Source of the DNA: Candidatus Levyibacteriota bacterium
GTDB taxonomy: Bacteria; Patescibacteriota; Microgenomatia; Levybacterales; UBA12049
DNA: 54,878 nucleotides
Assembly (NCBI GenBank): GCA_029260905.1
Contig: JAJDCH010000008.1
Coordinates: 1 to 54,878, forward strand
Direction of reading: 5' to 3'
How positions within the stretch are numbered: the stretch's first letter is position 1; the number at the start of each line of letters is the position of its first letter. Of this stretch, positions 21,043 to 29,349 are shown piece by piece. The position numbers were made by a program, and so were the translations under genes. Under the pieces are notes generated by a model. That model saw only the letters and a program-made list of their open reading frames with translations. It was not told where the DNA came from and ran no database searches.

Positions 21043-22445
21043 AGATTTGGTTCCTTTAGATTCCATTCTGTTTCGTCTTCGTATTTTTTTGCAACATTCA
21101 GAATAGTTTGTTCACCAAATTGAGGGCCTATTATATCCATTCCAATTGGCAATCCCTTTTTTGAAAAACCAACAGGAATATTGATACCAGAAAGTCCAGC
21201 AAGTGAAGATGGTTCGACTAAAATGTCCGCAAGTTCGCCAAACATTGGGTCTTTTGCCTCATCAGATCCTGCTTTTAATGCTGTTTTTGGATTTGTAGGT
21301 GCTATAACCACGTCAACATCTTCAAAAGCCTTTTTAAAATCGTTAATGATTAAAGATCTTACTTTTAAAGCTTTATTAAAGTACTGGTCGTAATATCCTG
21401 CAGATAAAACATATGTACCAAGCATGATGCGTCTTTTGGCTTCTTCTGCAAAAAAAGATCTATCACTCCCATAGCGTATCCCATCAAATCTTGCCAAATT
21501 TGATGATACTTCTGATCGCATAATAATTGTATAAACAGCAATAGAATATTTGGGGGAGAAAAGTTTTATTTTTTTTATTTTTGCTCCAAGTTTTTCAAGA
21601 ACTTTGATTGCATCTTCAACTTTTTGTTTAACTTCCGTATCTACCCCTTCAAAATAATCTTCAGATATGCCAATTTTCAGATTCGTTATTTCTCTGTTTA
21701 TATTTTTTAAATAATCAGGAACAGGAAGAGGTGATGTGGTTGCGTCAAGCGGATCTACCCCTGCAAGTACTTGAAGAACAAGCGCTGCGTCCTCAACTGA
21801 TTTGGTAATTGGACCTGGAGAGTCAAGACTTGATCCCATTGCAATCACTCCTGACCTACTAACGCGTCCATAGGTTGGTTTTAGTCCCACTACTCCACAC
21901 CAGCTAGCAGGCTGTCTAATTGATCCTGCTGTTTCTGAGCCTATTGCAGCTATCACTTCGCCTGCTGCGACACTTGCTGCTGCGCCTCCTGATGAACCAC
22001 CAGGTAAATAATCAGTATTCCAAGGGTTTTTACTTTGGCCATAATCTGATGTTTCGGTACTTGATCCATGCGCCCAGGCATCCATATTGGTTTTTCCAAG
22101 AAGTACCATTCCTGCTTCTTTGAGTTTGGTAACGACAGTTGCATCATATGGTGGTATGTATTTATCCAACACCTTGCTTGACGCGGTGGTGCGGACTCCC
22201 TTGGTTGAGAAATTATCCTTTATGGATAGGGGAATTCCAAGAAGTGGCGCGTCAGATCCATTTGCTCTTTTTTTATCAGCATCTTTGGCATTTCTCAGAG
22301 CTTCTTCTTCGGTTACTGTTACAAACGCATTTATTTTCGGCTCAACTTTTTTTATCCGTTCAAGAAATGTTTTCGTCAGTTCAACTGATGAAATCTCTTT
22401 GTTTTTTAATTTTTCTAGAGCTTTGGTAATTGTCAGATTAGTCAT
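21039..22445 (-). CDS. gatA: Asp/Glu-tRNA amidotransferase subunit A
   Basis: Amidase signature PGGSSGG, GSIRQPA, SSNLARFDG. Confidence 0.98.
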   Translation of the reverse strand: MTNLTITKALEKLKNKEISSVELTKTFLERIKKVEPKINAFVTVTEEEALRNAKDADKKRANGSDAPLLGIPLSIKDNFSTKGVRTTASSKVLDKYIPPYDATVVTKLKEAGMVLLGKTNMDAWAHGSSTETSDYGQSKNPWNTDYLPGGSSGGAAASVAAGEVIAAIGSETAGSIRQPASWCGVVGLKPTYGRVSRSGVIAMGSSLDSPGPITKSVEDAALVLQVLAGVDPLDATTSPLPVPDYLKNINREITNLKIGISEDYFEGVDTEVKQKVEDAIKVLEKLGAKIKKIKLFSPKYSIAVYTIIMRSEVSSNLARFDGIRYGSDRSFFAEEAKRRIMLGTYVLSAGYYDQYFNKALKVRSLIINDFKKAFEDVDVVIAPTNPKTALKAGSDEAKDPMFGELADILVEPSSLAGLSGINIPVGFSKKGLPIGMDIIGPQFGEQTILNVAKKYEDETEWNLKEPNL

Positions 22446-22731
22446 TGTCAATTAGTACGTTAACCTTGAAAAGATTATTTTGTTTTGATTTTGTATTTGA
22501 TAAGGCTTGTTCTTGGGTTAGTGATTTAGTTGCTATGTCTTCACGTGTTACATTCTCAAGACCTGTTACTTGTGAAGTGGGCTTAGTGCTTGTAGTATTT
22601 ATTTCTTCAAGTTGCTTAATGTATGAAATTGTTTCATCAAGTTGTTTTTCAAATTTATTTTTTTCCTCATTTGTCAAGGGAAGATTAGCAAGTTTTGAGA
22701 TGTGGACAACGTCAATTTTAGTTTTTGACAT
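22438..22731 (-). CDS. gatC: Asp/Glu-tRNA amidotransferase subunit C
   Basis: HISKLANL, NVTRED, position before gatA. ATG 22731 is 6 nt below TATAAT. Confidence 0.93.
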   Translation of the reverse strand: MSKTKIDVVHISKLANLPLTNEEKNKFEKQLDETISYIKQLEEINTTSTKPTSQVTGLENVTREDIATKSLTQEQALSNTKSKQNNLFKVNVLIDND

Positions 22732-22738
22732 GAGGGTA

Positions 22739-23542
22739 TTATAGCTTAATTCCAAGTCTTCTTGCAATCATTTGTCTTGCTTTTTGTTCAAGAGTATTAT
22801 CTAATTTTTTAAGTTCAATTTCTTTGCTATATTTTATGAAAAGAGCTTTTGCTATCAAAAAATCTGCTATTTCAGGATTTTTGGAAAGAAGTGGCCCGTG
22901 AAAGTATGTGCCAATTGCATTTTTGTAAACTACGCCTTCTGTTTTGTCTTCACCATTGTTTCCGTATCCTTTTAAAACTTTTGCAAATGGTACTGCTGTT
23001 GGTCCAAGACAAGTTCTCCCCCCGTGATTTTCAAAACCAACCATGTAGCTTTTGGTTCTTAGTTCCTGGTTCTTGGGATAAAGGTTTTGCCAATTAACAT
23101 CAGCAACGATATTTCCAATCAGTCTTTCTTTTTTTGGTCCTGGATGAATTGAGGTCATATCAAAAATACCAAGTCCTTCAATTCTTTTTCCAACGGATGG
23201 TTCATAATATTTTCCAAAAAGTTGCGGCGCGCCACAAACAAAAAGCGCGGGTACTTCTCTCTCAATAAGCTTTCTTATTTCAGTTTCATGTTTTTTTAAA
23301 TATTTAATTACTATTGATTGCTCTTTATCTTGTGCGCCACCTGCAAATAAAAGGTCAATAGATTTTAGATCTTGGGTCTTAGATTTTTGATCTATGTTGA
23401 TAATTTTTACATTAATTCCTCGCCACTGACATCTTTTTAAAAGTACCATAATGTTACCACTGTCCCCATAGGTACTCATTAATTCTGGATATAGCCAGCC
23501 AATTATTAGTTCTTGGTTCTTTGTTGATGGTTTTTTATTCAT
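22739..23542 (-). CDS. gatD: Lipid II isoglutaminyl synthase glutaminase subunit (CobQ-like GATase)
   Basis: YPELMSTYGDSGN, catalytic Cys in VCGAPQL, GFENHGG, HGPLLSKNP; coupled to murT. Confidence 0.9.
   Translation of the reverse strand: MNKKPSTKNQELIIGWLYPELMSTYGDSGNIMVLLKRCQWRGINVKIINIDQKSKTQDLKSIDLLFAGGAQDKEQSIVIKYLKKHETEIRKLIEREVPALFVCGAPQLFGKYYEPSVGKRIEGLGIFDMTSIHPGPKKERLIGNIVADVNWQNLYPKNQELRTKSYMVGFENHGGRTCLGPTAVPFAKVLKGYGNNGEDKTEGVVYKNAIGTYFHGPLLSKNPEIADFLIAKALFIKYSKEIELKKLDNTLEQKARQMIARRLGIKL
23046..23087 (-). repeat. 7-nt tandem repeat inside gatD (C-proximal)
   Basis: AAACCTT TATCCCA AGAACCA GGAACTA AGAACCA AAAGCTA (NLYPKNQELRTKSY). Confidence 0.7.
23358..23392 (-). repeat. 7-nt tandem repeat inside gatD (middle)
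   Basis: GATCAAA AATCTAA GACCCAA GATCTAA AATCTAT (DQKSKTQDLKSI). Confidence 0.75.
23505..23539 (-). repeat. 7-nt tandem repeat forming the gatD N-terminus
   Basis: AATAAAA AACCATC AACAAAG AACCAAG AACTAAT (NKKPSTKNQELI). Confidence 0.7.
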
Positions 23543-24846
23543 AAGATTTTTTTGCCAGTTAAGATCTTTCTTGCATCAAGCATAGCTGAATATGTTGGGA
23601 GAATGAAGAGTGTCTCTTTGTTGTTTAATGTCTGAACTGAATCATCAATTGCTTTTTTTAATTCATCATTGACTTTGACTTTCAATTCGTAATCTTTGAT
23701 TCCCAATTCATATTTTAACCTCAGCGCCATATCATAGACTCGATCACCAGATAGATAAATATTTTTGAAATTCTCAATACCTTTCAGGTCTACATCCCAA
23801 ATCCATGAGATATCACGACCATCAGGAATCCGATCATTTAAAATAATTAAAATTGTTACTGCCTTCATATCTTTTATGGTTTGAAAAGACTGGTTAAAGC
23901 TAGTTGGATTTTTGGAAAGAAAAACTTGAATCTTCTTTCCTTTGTAAAAAATTTCTTCCTGTCTGCCAAACGCAGGCTTGAAGGTTTTGAAAGACTCTTC
24001 TATTTTTTTATCAGTTAACCCATTTTGTTTTAGGGTAAGTACCGCTGCATGAGTGTTATATTTGTTATAAACGCCTGAGAGGGGATAAAAAGAAAAATTA
24101 TCAATGTCTGGTTTCGGTTTTTTAAGATTGCATTTTGGGCAAAGCCAGTCTCCAAGATGTGAAAAAATTATTCTTTTGTAATTTAATTTTTCACCACAAT
24201 TTGGGCAATATCCAGAATCAGATGCTTGATTTGTTGGATTTTTGTAGTTATCTATAGATAGATCATTACAACTAAAATATTTTATTTTGGCTTTTAGTTT
24301 TTGACCCAAATTTGCAATCAATGGATCATCAGCATTAAGAATAAGAGTTGTTGAACTTGTTAATCTTTGAAGTGAACTCTTCCAATTCTCAGCAATTGTA
24401 TTAATCTCGCCATATCTGTCTAGCTGATCACGGAAAAGATTTAAAAGCAAAAGATAGTCTGGGGTTATTTGAGCGAGAATTTGCGGGATGGTATTCTCAT
24501 CTACTTCAAAAATTGCAAAATCTTTTTTAATTTTTCCCGCTCCATCAGAATAGCTAATTAAAGTGGATGCGATACCATTGAGAAGATTTGCGCCTGATTT
24601 ATTTCTGATAATTGTTTTTCTATTTTGTTTAAGTGCATTTGAAATAAGAGATGAGGTAGTTGTTTTGCCATTTGTTCCTGCAACAAGAATTATTTTAATA
24701 TCTGATTTTGATAAAATTTGTTTAATAAATTGAGGGTTTATATTTAGCGCAATGTGTCCAGGCCAGGTTGATCCGTTGCCAAGATTAAAAAGACTTGCTG
24801 ATTTGGAAATAATTTTTCCAATGCCTGTTAATAAGCTATTTAACAT
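23539..24846 (-). CDS. murT: Lipid II isoglutaminyl synthase Mur-ligase subunit
   Basis: GTNGKTTT, EVDE, NLFRDQLDRYGE, CxxC...CxxC zinc finger, DGRDISWIWD (DUF1727), PTYSAM. Confidence 0.93.
   Translation of the reverse strand: MLNSLLTGIGKIISKSASLFNLGNGSTWPGHIALNINPQFIKQILSKSDIKIILVAGTNGKTTTSSLISNALKQNRKTIIRNKSGANLLNGIASTLISYSDGAGKIKKDFAIFEVDENTIPQILAQITPDYLLLLNLFRDQLDRYGEINTIAENWKSSLQRLTSSTTLILNADDPLIANLGQKLKAKIKYFSCNDLSIDNYKNPTNQASDSGYCPNCGEKLNYKRIIFSHLGDWLCPKCNLKKPKPDIDNFSFYPLSGVYNKYNTHAAVLTLKQNGLTDKKIEESFKTFKPAFGRQEEIFYKGKKIQVFLSKNPTSFNQSFQTIKDMKAVTILIILNDRIPDGRDISWIWDVDLKGIENFKNIYLSGDRVYDMALRLKYELGIKDYELKVKVNDELKKAIDDSVQTLNNKETLFILPTYSAMLDARKILTGKKIL
23674..23715 (-). repeat. Degenerate 7-nt tandem repeat inside murT
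   Basis: AAATATG AATTGGG AATCAAA GATTACG AATTGAA AGTCAAA (KYELGIKDYELKVK). Confidence 0.55.
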
Positions 24847-24865
24847 CTTCTTATTGTAGCATTTG

Positions 24866-25765
24866 TTACATGCTTTTGAGGATTTTAACTCTTTCTTCTA
24901 TTGGTGGATGAGTATTAAAAAGATTAGATAAAAAGTTTTTACTTTTTTTATCTTTAAAGGGGCTTGAGATAAAAAGGTGCGCTGTTGCGTTGCTTGCTTG
25001 TTTCATAGGTGTTGGGTCTTTGGATATTTTAATAAGCGCTCTTGCAAGTCCATCAGGATAGCGTGTCAGAAGCGCGCCTGATGCATCAGCCAAGAATTCT
25101 CTTTTTCTTGAGACAGCAAGCTGAATAAGGGTTGCAACGATAGGAGCAAGAATCGCAAGCACAACACCAATAACTAAAAAGAGAACTTGAGCTCTGCCTC
25201 CACCATTGTCTCTGTCTCTTAACCCTCCCCAAAAAAGGCTTCGCATGAACATATCAGTCAAAAGAGCAACAAAGCCAACAAGCACAGCTGTAGTTGCCAT
25301 CAGGCGTGTGTCAAAGTTTTTGATGTGTGAAAGTTCATGAGCAATAACTCCTTCAAGTTCAATCTCTTCAAGTCTCTCAAGAAGTCCTGTTGTTACTGCA
25401 ATTGCAGCATGTTTTGGGTCACGTCCTGTTGCAAAAGCATTTGGTGATGCTTCATTGATAATATATACCTTTGGCATTGGGATTCCAGATGCGATTTTTA
25501 AGTTCTCGACAATTCTAAATAGTTCAGGATTGTCTTTTTTTTGAATCTGTTTTGCTCCGCTTGTGGAGAGTACTAATTTGTCTGAAAAGAAATAACTTCC
25601 AAAGCTTGAAAGTATTGCAAATAAAAACGCGAAAATCCCAAATGAAGGGCCATATCCTGATGCTTGTCCTATGACATAGGCAACGCCTAGTACAAATAAT
25701 GTAAAAAACACCATGATCAGGTAGCTTTTCCAGATGTTTTTGGAAATAGCAGAGTAGATGTTCAT
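24866..25765 (-). CDS. htpX: Zinc metalloprotease HtpX (M48)
   Basis: PNAFATGR, HELSH (HExxH), SRKREFLAD, THPP. Confidence 0.96.
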   Translation of the reverse strand: MNIYSAISKNIWKSYLIMVFFTLFVLGVAYVIGQASGYGPSFGIFAFLFAILSSFGSYFFSDKLVLSTSGAKQIQKKDNPELFRIVENLKIASGIPMPKVYIINEASPNAFATGRDPKHAAIAVTTGLLERLEEIELEGVIAHELSHIKNFDTRLMATTAVLVGFVALLTDMFMRSLFWGGLRDRDNGGGRAQVLFLVIGVVLAILAPIVATLIQLAVSRKREFLADASGALLTRYPDGLARALIKISKDPTPMKQASNATAHLFISSPFKDKKSKNFLSNLFNTHPPIEERVKILKSM

Positions 25766-26313
25766 CAGAATTTTACCTCTGTAGGTTGTTTTTCTTTTTC
25801 TTCAGCTTCAAAAAAATCAGCTACCTTGAATCCAAACATTCCTGCAACAATGTTGCTTGGGAATACCTGAAGCCTGTTGTTATAGTCCAAGACATTGCTG
25901 TTGTAAAATTGTCTTGAGTAGGCAATTTTATTTTCTGTATCTGATAACTCCTCCTGAAGCTCTAAAAAGTTTGAGCTTGCTTTGAGATCAGGGTAGTTTT
26001 CAGAAACAGCAAAAAGCGACTTCAATGTTTCAGATAGCATATTATTTGCTTCAGCTTTATCATGTGTTGTGTTGGCTGTAAGTAGGCTTGCGCGAGCTTT
26101 TGTTACATTTTCAAGAAGTCCTTTTTCATGTTTTGCATAGCCTTTTACTGTTTCTACAAGATTTGGTATCAGGTCGGTTCTTCTTTTGAGCTGCACATCA
26201 ATTTGAGAGAGTGCTTCTGCGATTCTGTTTTTTGCTCTAACCAAACCGTTATAAACGATTAGAAAGAACATAAGTATTATTGCAATAGTTATTGCTAAAA
26301 TAGGAAATGTCAT
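25765..26313 (-). CDS. lemA: LemA family protein
   Basis: [31 protein letters not shown]; usual lemA-htpX pairing; SD AAGGTGGTGA. Confidence 0.96.
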   Translation of the reverse strand: MTFPILAITIAIILMFFLIVYNGLVRAKNRIAEALSQIDVQLKRRTDLIPNLVETVKGYAKHEKGLLENVTKARASLLTANTTHDKAEANNMLSETLKSLFAVSENYPDLKASSNFLELQEELSDTENKIAYSRQFYNSNVLDYNNRLQVFPSNIVAGMFGFKVADFFEAEEKEKQPTEVKF

Positions 26314-26328
26314 ATTAAATCACCACCT

Positions 26329-28101
26329 TTATTTTTCAAACCAACTCTTAAGAGTATTATACTCAAAAGAATTTAAAATGTCATCTTTTGTTGCCCAACC
26401 ACGTCTTGCAACTGAAACTCCGTATTCCATAAGATCCATCTGTGTTGATGCGTGACTGTCAGTGTTTATAAAAAGTTTAACAGCTTTTTGTGTAGCTAGT
26501 CGTACTAGACTATCTGGCAAATCAAGTCTTTGAGGCCAGGAGTTTATCTCAATAGCTTTGTTGTTTTTTGCGCAAAAATCAAATATCTCATCCCAATTCA
26601 ATTCATAGCCTGGTCTTTTGTTAATGAGTCTTCCTGTTGGGTGTGCAAGAATTTTTGCTTTAGGGTGAGAAAGTCCTTTAAGCACGCGTTTGGTCATATC
26701 ATTTCTGTTCATATTAAATGAGCTGTGAACTGACACTATTGTTGCATCAAGAAATTTAAGTGATTTATCCTTCAATGCAAGATTGCCGTTTGGTAAAATA
26801 TCTGTTTCCATAAGTGAAAATATATGTATAATATTTTTATACTTTTCTCTAAGCTGAGTAATATATTTATTCCTTTTTTCTAAAACTGAAGCTGTTTGCT
26901 GTTCTGTGTGTTTAGAAATGCTGGGATTATGTTCTGAGAATCCAAGATATTTATAGTTAAGACTGAGTGCCTTTTTAATCATATCATCCATGGTGTTGAT
27001 TCCCATATCATGACTTGGCTCAACTGGATAGCTTGAGTGAAGGTGAAAATCTCCTTTTATGTCTTTTAATTCAATTAGTCTTGGTAAATTATTTTTTAGG
27101 GCTAGTTCTATTTCCCCAGCGTTTTCCCGCATTTCAGGTGGAATCCACTGCATTCCAAGGAATTTATATAGTTCTTCTTCAGTTTTAAAAAGTTTGATTT
27201 TTGAATTTGGATCTGATTTCTTTTTTATTCCGTAATCAGATAGTGAATATCCTTTGGAAAGTGCTATTTCTCTGAGGCGAACGTTGTGTTCTTTGCTTCC
27301 AGTGAAGTGTTGAAGAAGCGCTCCAAATCCCTCTGGATCTTCGACCATCAGATCAATTTGTTTGTTAGATGATGTAATTATTGATGCAGTGCGTGTTCCT
27401 TTTTCTATAACTCTGTCTGTGTGTGGGTATGAGGCGAAGTGATCAAGAACAGCTTTTGGATTTTTGCTCGCAGCTGCTATATCAATATCGCCAACTGTTG
27501 ATTTTTTACGCCTTAGACTTCCAAGCGTTGATGCAGCTTTTACATCTTTTGACGCATATAGGTAGTCAATTATTTTGGTGGCAAGGTCATTTGCGTAAGG
27601 TAGAACCATTCTGGCAGTTTTGGTTTTGCCAAGGCCATATTCTTTAAAACTTTGGAGAATGTCTGATTGGGATTTTTCACCAAAGCCTTGTAGCGTTGCG
27701 ATCTTATTTTTATTTGCAATTTCAACTAGGTCTTTTATTACTGTTTCTGGATTTTTGAGATTAAATTCTGTGACGAGTTTATATGCTTTTTTGGGTCCGA
27801 AGCCAGGAACATCAAGAAGAGTAAAAACAGGAGAGGGAATTTTGTCTAGTACTTGATCAAAATGGGCTACTTTTCCGGTTGTAAAAAGTTCTTCTAAGTG
27901 TGATTTGATTGATGATCCAATTCCTGGTAATTCCTCAAGTCGTCTTTCTTTATAAAGCTCTTTTAATTCTTTAGATTCATGCTCTATTGCATCTGAGGCT
28001 TTTTGGTAAGCAAGTATCTGAAATCTGTGTTTTTTATCATCAATTATTGCATAAGCTGATGCAACACTACTTAGTAATTTTGCTATTTCAGAATTGGTCA
28101 C
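26329..28101 (-). CDS. polX: DNA polymerase X / PHP-domain protein
   Basis: GSLRR..TVGDID, QIDL, HFTGSKEHN; PHP motifs HLHS, SEH, AHPTGR, NTDSH. GTG start. Confidence 0.95.
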   Translation of the reverse strand: MTNSEIAKLLSSVASAYAIIDDKKHRFQILAYQKASDAIEHESKELKELYKERRLEELPGIGSSIKSHLEELFTTGKVAHFDQVLDKIPSPVFTLLDVPGFGPKKAYKLVTEFNLKNPETVIKDLVEIANKNKIATLQGFGEKSQSDILQSFKEYGLGKTKTARMVLPYANDLATKIIDYLYASKDVKAASTLGSLRRKKSTVGDIDIAAASKNPKAVLDHFASYPHTDRVIEKGTRTASIITSSNKQIDLMVEDPEGFGALLQHFTGSKEHNVRLREIALSKGYSLSDYGIKKKSDPNSKIKLFKTEEELYKFLGMQWIPPEMRENAGEIELALKNNLPRLIELKDIKGDFHLHSSYPVEPSHDMGINTMDDMIKKALSLNYKYLGFSEHNPSISKHTEQQTASVLEKRNKYITQLREKYKNIIHIFSLMETDILPNGNLALKDKSLKFLDATIVSVHSSFNMNRNDMTKRVLKGLSHPKAKILAHPTGRLINKRPGYELNWDEIFDFCAKNNKAIEINSWPQRLDLPDSLVRLATQKAVKLFINTDSHASTQMDLMEYGVSVARRGWATKDDILNSFEYNTLKSWFEK

Positions 28102-28121
28102 AAGCAGAGTTTAGCAAAGGA

Positions 28122-28150
28122 TTGACTCCCAGGCAAGAGTAAAGTAAAAT
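28122..28150 (+). promoter_or_regulatory. Promoter for tRNA-Asp
   Basis: TTGACT-17 nt-TAAAAT. Confidence 0.7.
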
Positions 28151-28166
28151 ACAGTGATGTAAATTT

Positions 28167-28240
28167 GGGGTTGTAGCTCAGTTGGTTAGAGCGTCTCCCT
28201 GTCACGGAGAAGGTCGCGGGTTCGAGTCCCGTCAATCCCG
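28167..28240 (+). tRNA. tRNA-Asp(GTC)
   Basis: Acceptor GGGGTTG/CAATCCC, anticodon stem TCTCC/GGAGA with loop CT-GTC-AC, T loop TTCGAGT, G73. CCA not encoded. Confidence 0.95.
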
Positions 28241-28337
28241 CATAAAGTTTTTATAGCTCCCAATTTTAGAAGTTTTTTTATTATAGTATTGTAGTCTTTC
28301 AGTCTGTAAGAAAAGATTTATAGGACAACTTGACCCC

Positions 28338-28366
28338 TTGCATTTTTAAAAAAAACATTGTATTCT
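28338..28366 (+). promoter_or_regulatory. Candidate promoter for the LysM gene
   Basis: TTGCAT-17 nt-TATTCT; the leader carries SD AAGGAGGT. Confidence 0.5.
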
Positions 28367-28420
28367 TCTTCTTAATTAGTAATTCTGTCCACACCATCTC
28401 TGCCTAGAAAGGAGGTATGC

Positions 28421-29053
28421 ATGTCTACAAAACATTTAAATAAAATAAAATCAAATTTTCCCGGATTTTTCAGAATTGGTGAGTCATACACAAGTCTAGT
28501 TCTTGGAATTATTGTTGTCATTGTTGTTACTATTCTTATAATCGCTTTCGTTAGACAGAGAAACGGAGATGAAGTAACAGATGAAAGCGCTACAACCAAA
28601 AGCGGAGATCTTTACACAGTTGGAGAGGGTGAAACGCTTTGGGATATTTCAGAGAAAGAATTTGGAAGTGGATACAACTGGGTTGATATCGCATCTGAAA
28701 ACAATCTAGGAGATCCAAATGCTATTGAAGCAGGTACTGAATTAAAGATCCCTGATGTTGAGCCAAAAACACCAACAACTGAAGAGGCAATGTCAATGGA
28801 GAAAGCTGAAGAATCAGAAGTCGAAGATGCAATGAAAAAAGAAGAGCCAAAAGAGGAAGCTGTTATGGAGAAGAAAGAAGAAACAGCTGAGATCAAAGGC
28901 GATTCATATGTTGTTAAAGAAGGCGACTATCTCTGGAAAATAGCAGTTGAAGCATATGGTGATGGATTCAAATGGGTCGAGATCGCAAAGGTAAATAATA
29001 TTTCAAATCCAGACCTAATCTATCCAGAAACCAAGCTCAAGCTTCCAAGATAA
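28421..29053 (+). CDS. Membrane-anchored double-LysM protein
   Basis: One TM, YTVGEGETLWDIS...LKIP and YVVKEGDYLWKIA...LKLP, separated by an acidic linker. Confidence 0.92.
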   Translation: MSTKHLNKIKSNFPGFFRIGESYTSLVLGIIVVIVVTILIIAFVRQRNGDEVTDESATTKSGDLYTVGEGETLWDISEKEFGSGYNWVDIASENNLGDPNAIEAGTELKIPDVEPKTPTTEEAMSMEKAEESEVEDAMKKEEPKEEAVMEKKEETAEIKGDSYVVKEGDYLWKIAVEAYGDGFKWVEIAKVNNISNPDLIYPETKLKLPR

Positions 29054-29191
29054 AACCTGCCCATTCGTCCTATTAATTATTGGATAAAGAAAATAAGTGG
29101 AGAAGCATAGGGTAATTTGTATTATCTTCTTGTTCTAAAATCTTACAATTTTTAATTTAAAAATTATGAATTAATTATTTAAGATTTGTTG

Positions 29192-29262
29192 AGCGGGGTA
29201 CGAGAATCGAACTCGCTTCTCCACCTTGGGAAGGTGGCATACTACCGGTATACTAACCCCGC
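29192..29262 (-). tRNA. tRNA-Gly(CCC)
   Basis: Acceptor GCGGGGT/ACCCCGC, anticodon stem CCACC/GGTGG with loop TT-CCC-AA, T loop TTCGATT, U73. CCA not encoded. Confidence 0.93.
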
Positions 29263-29349
29263 CTGCTTGAGTAGATAATAACACTTTAAGTACAAAATTT
29301 CATTATTTTTCTGGGTTGATAATTTTTTCCATTTTTGGTAACATGAATC

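Noticed and set aside
22537-22552. parS-like sequence TGTAACACGTGAAGAC (minus strand)
   Set aside because: Only 11 of 16 match to the parS consensus, and it encodes the conserved NVTRED of GatC.
29152-29186. Additional 7-nt periodic stretch downstream of tRNA-Gly
   Set aside because: Almost pure A/T, so periodicity cannot be told from chance by eye; the same applies to weak cases near 33770 and 46470.
28241-29191. Integrated element between tRNA-Asp and tRNA-Gly
   Set aside because: No integrase, no duplicated tRNA 3' end and only a LysM gene inside.
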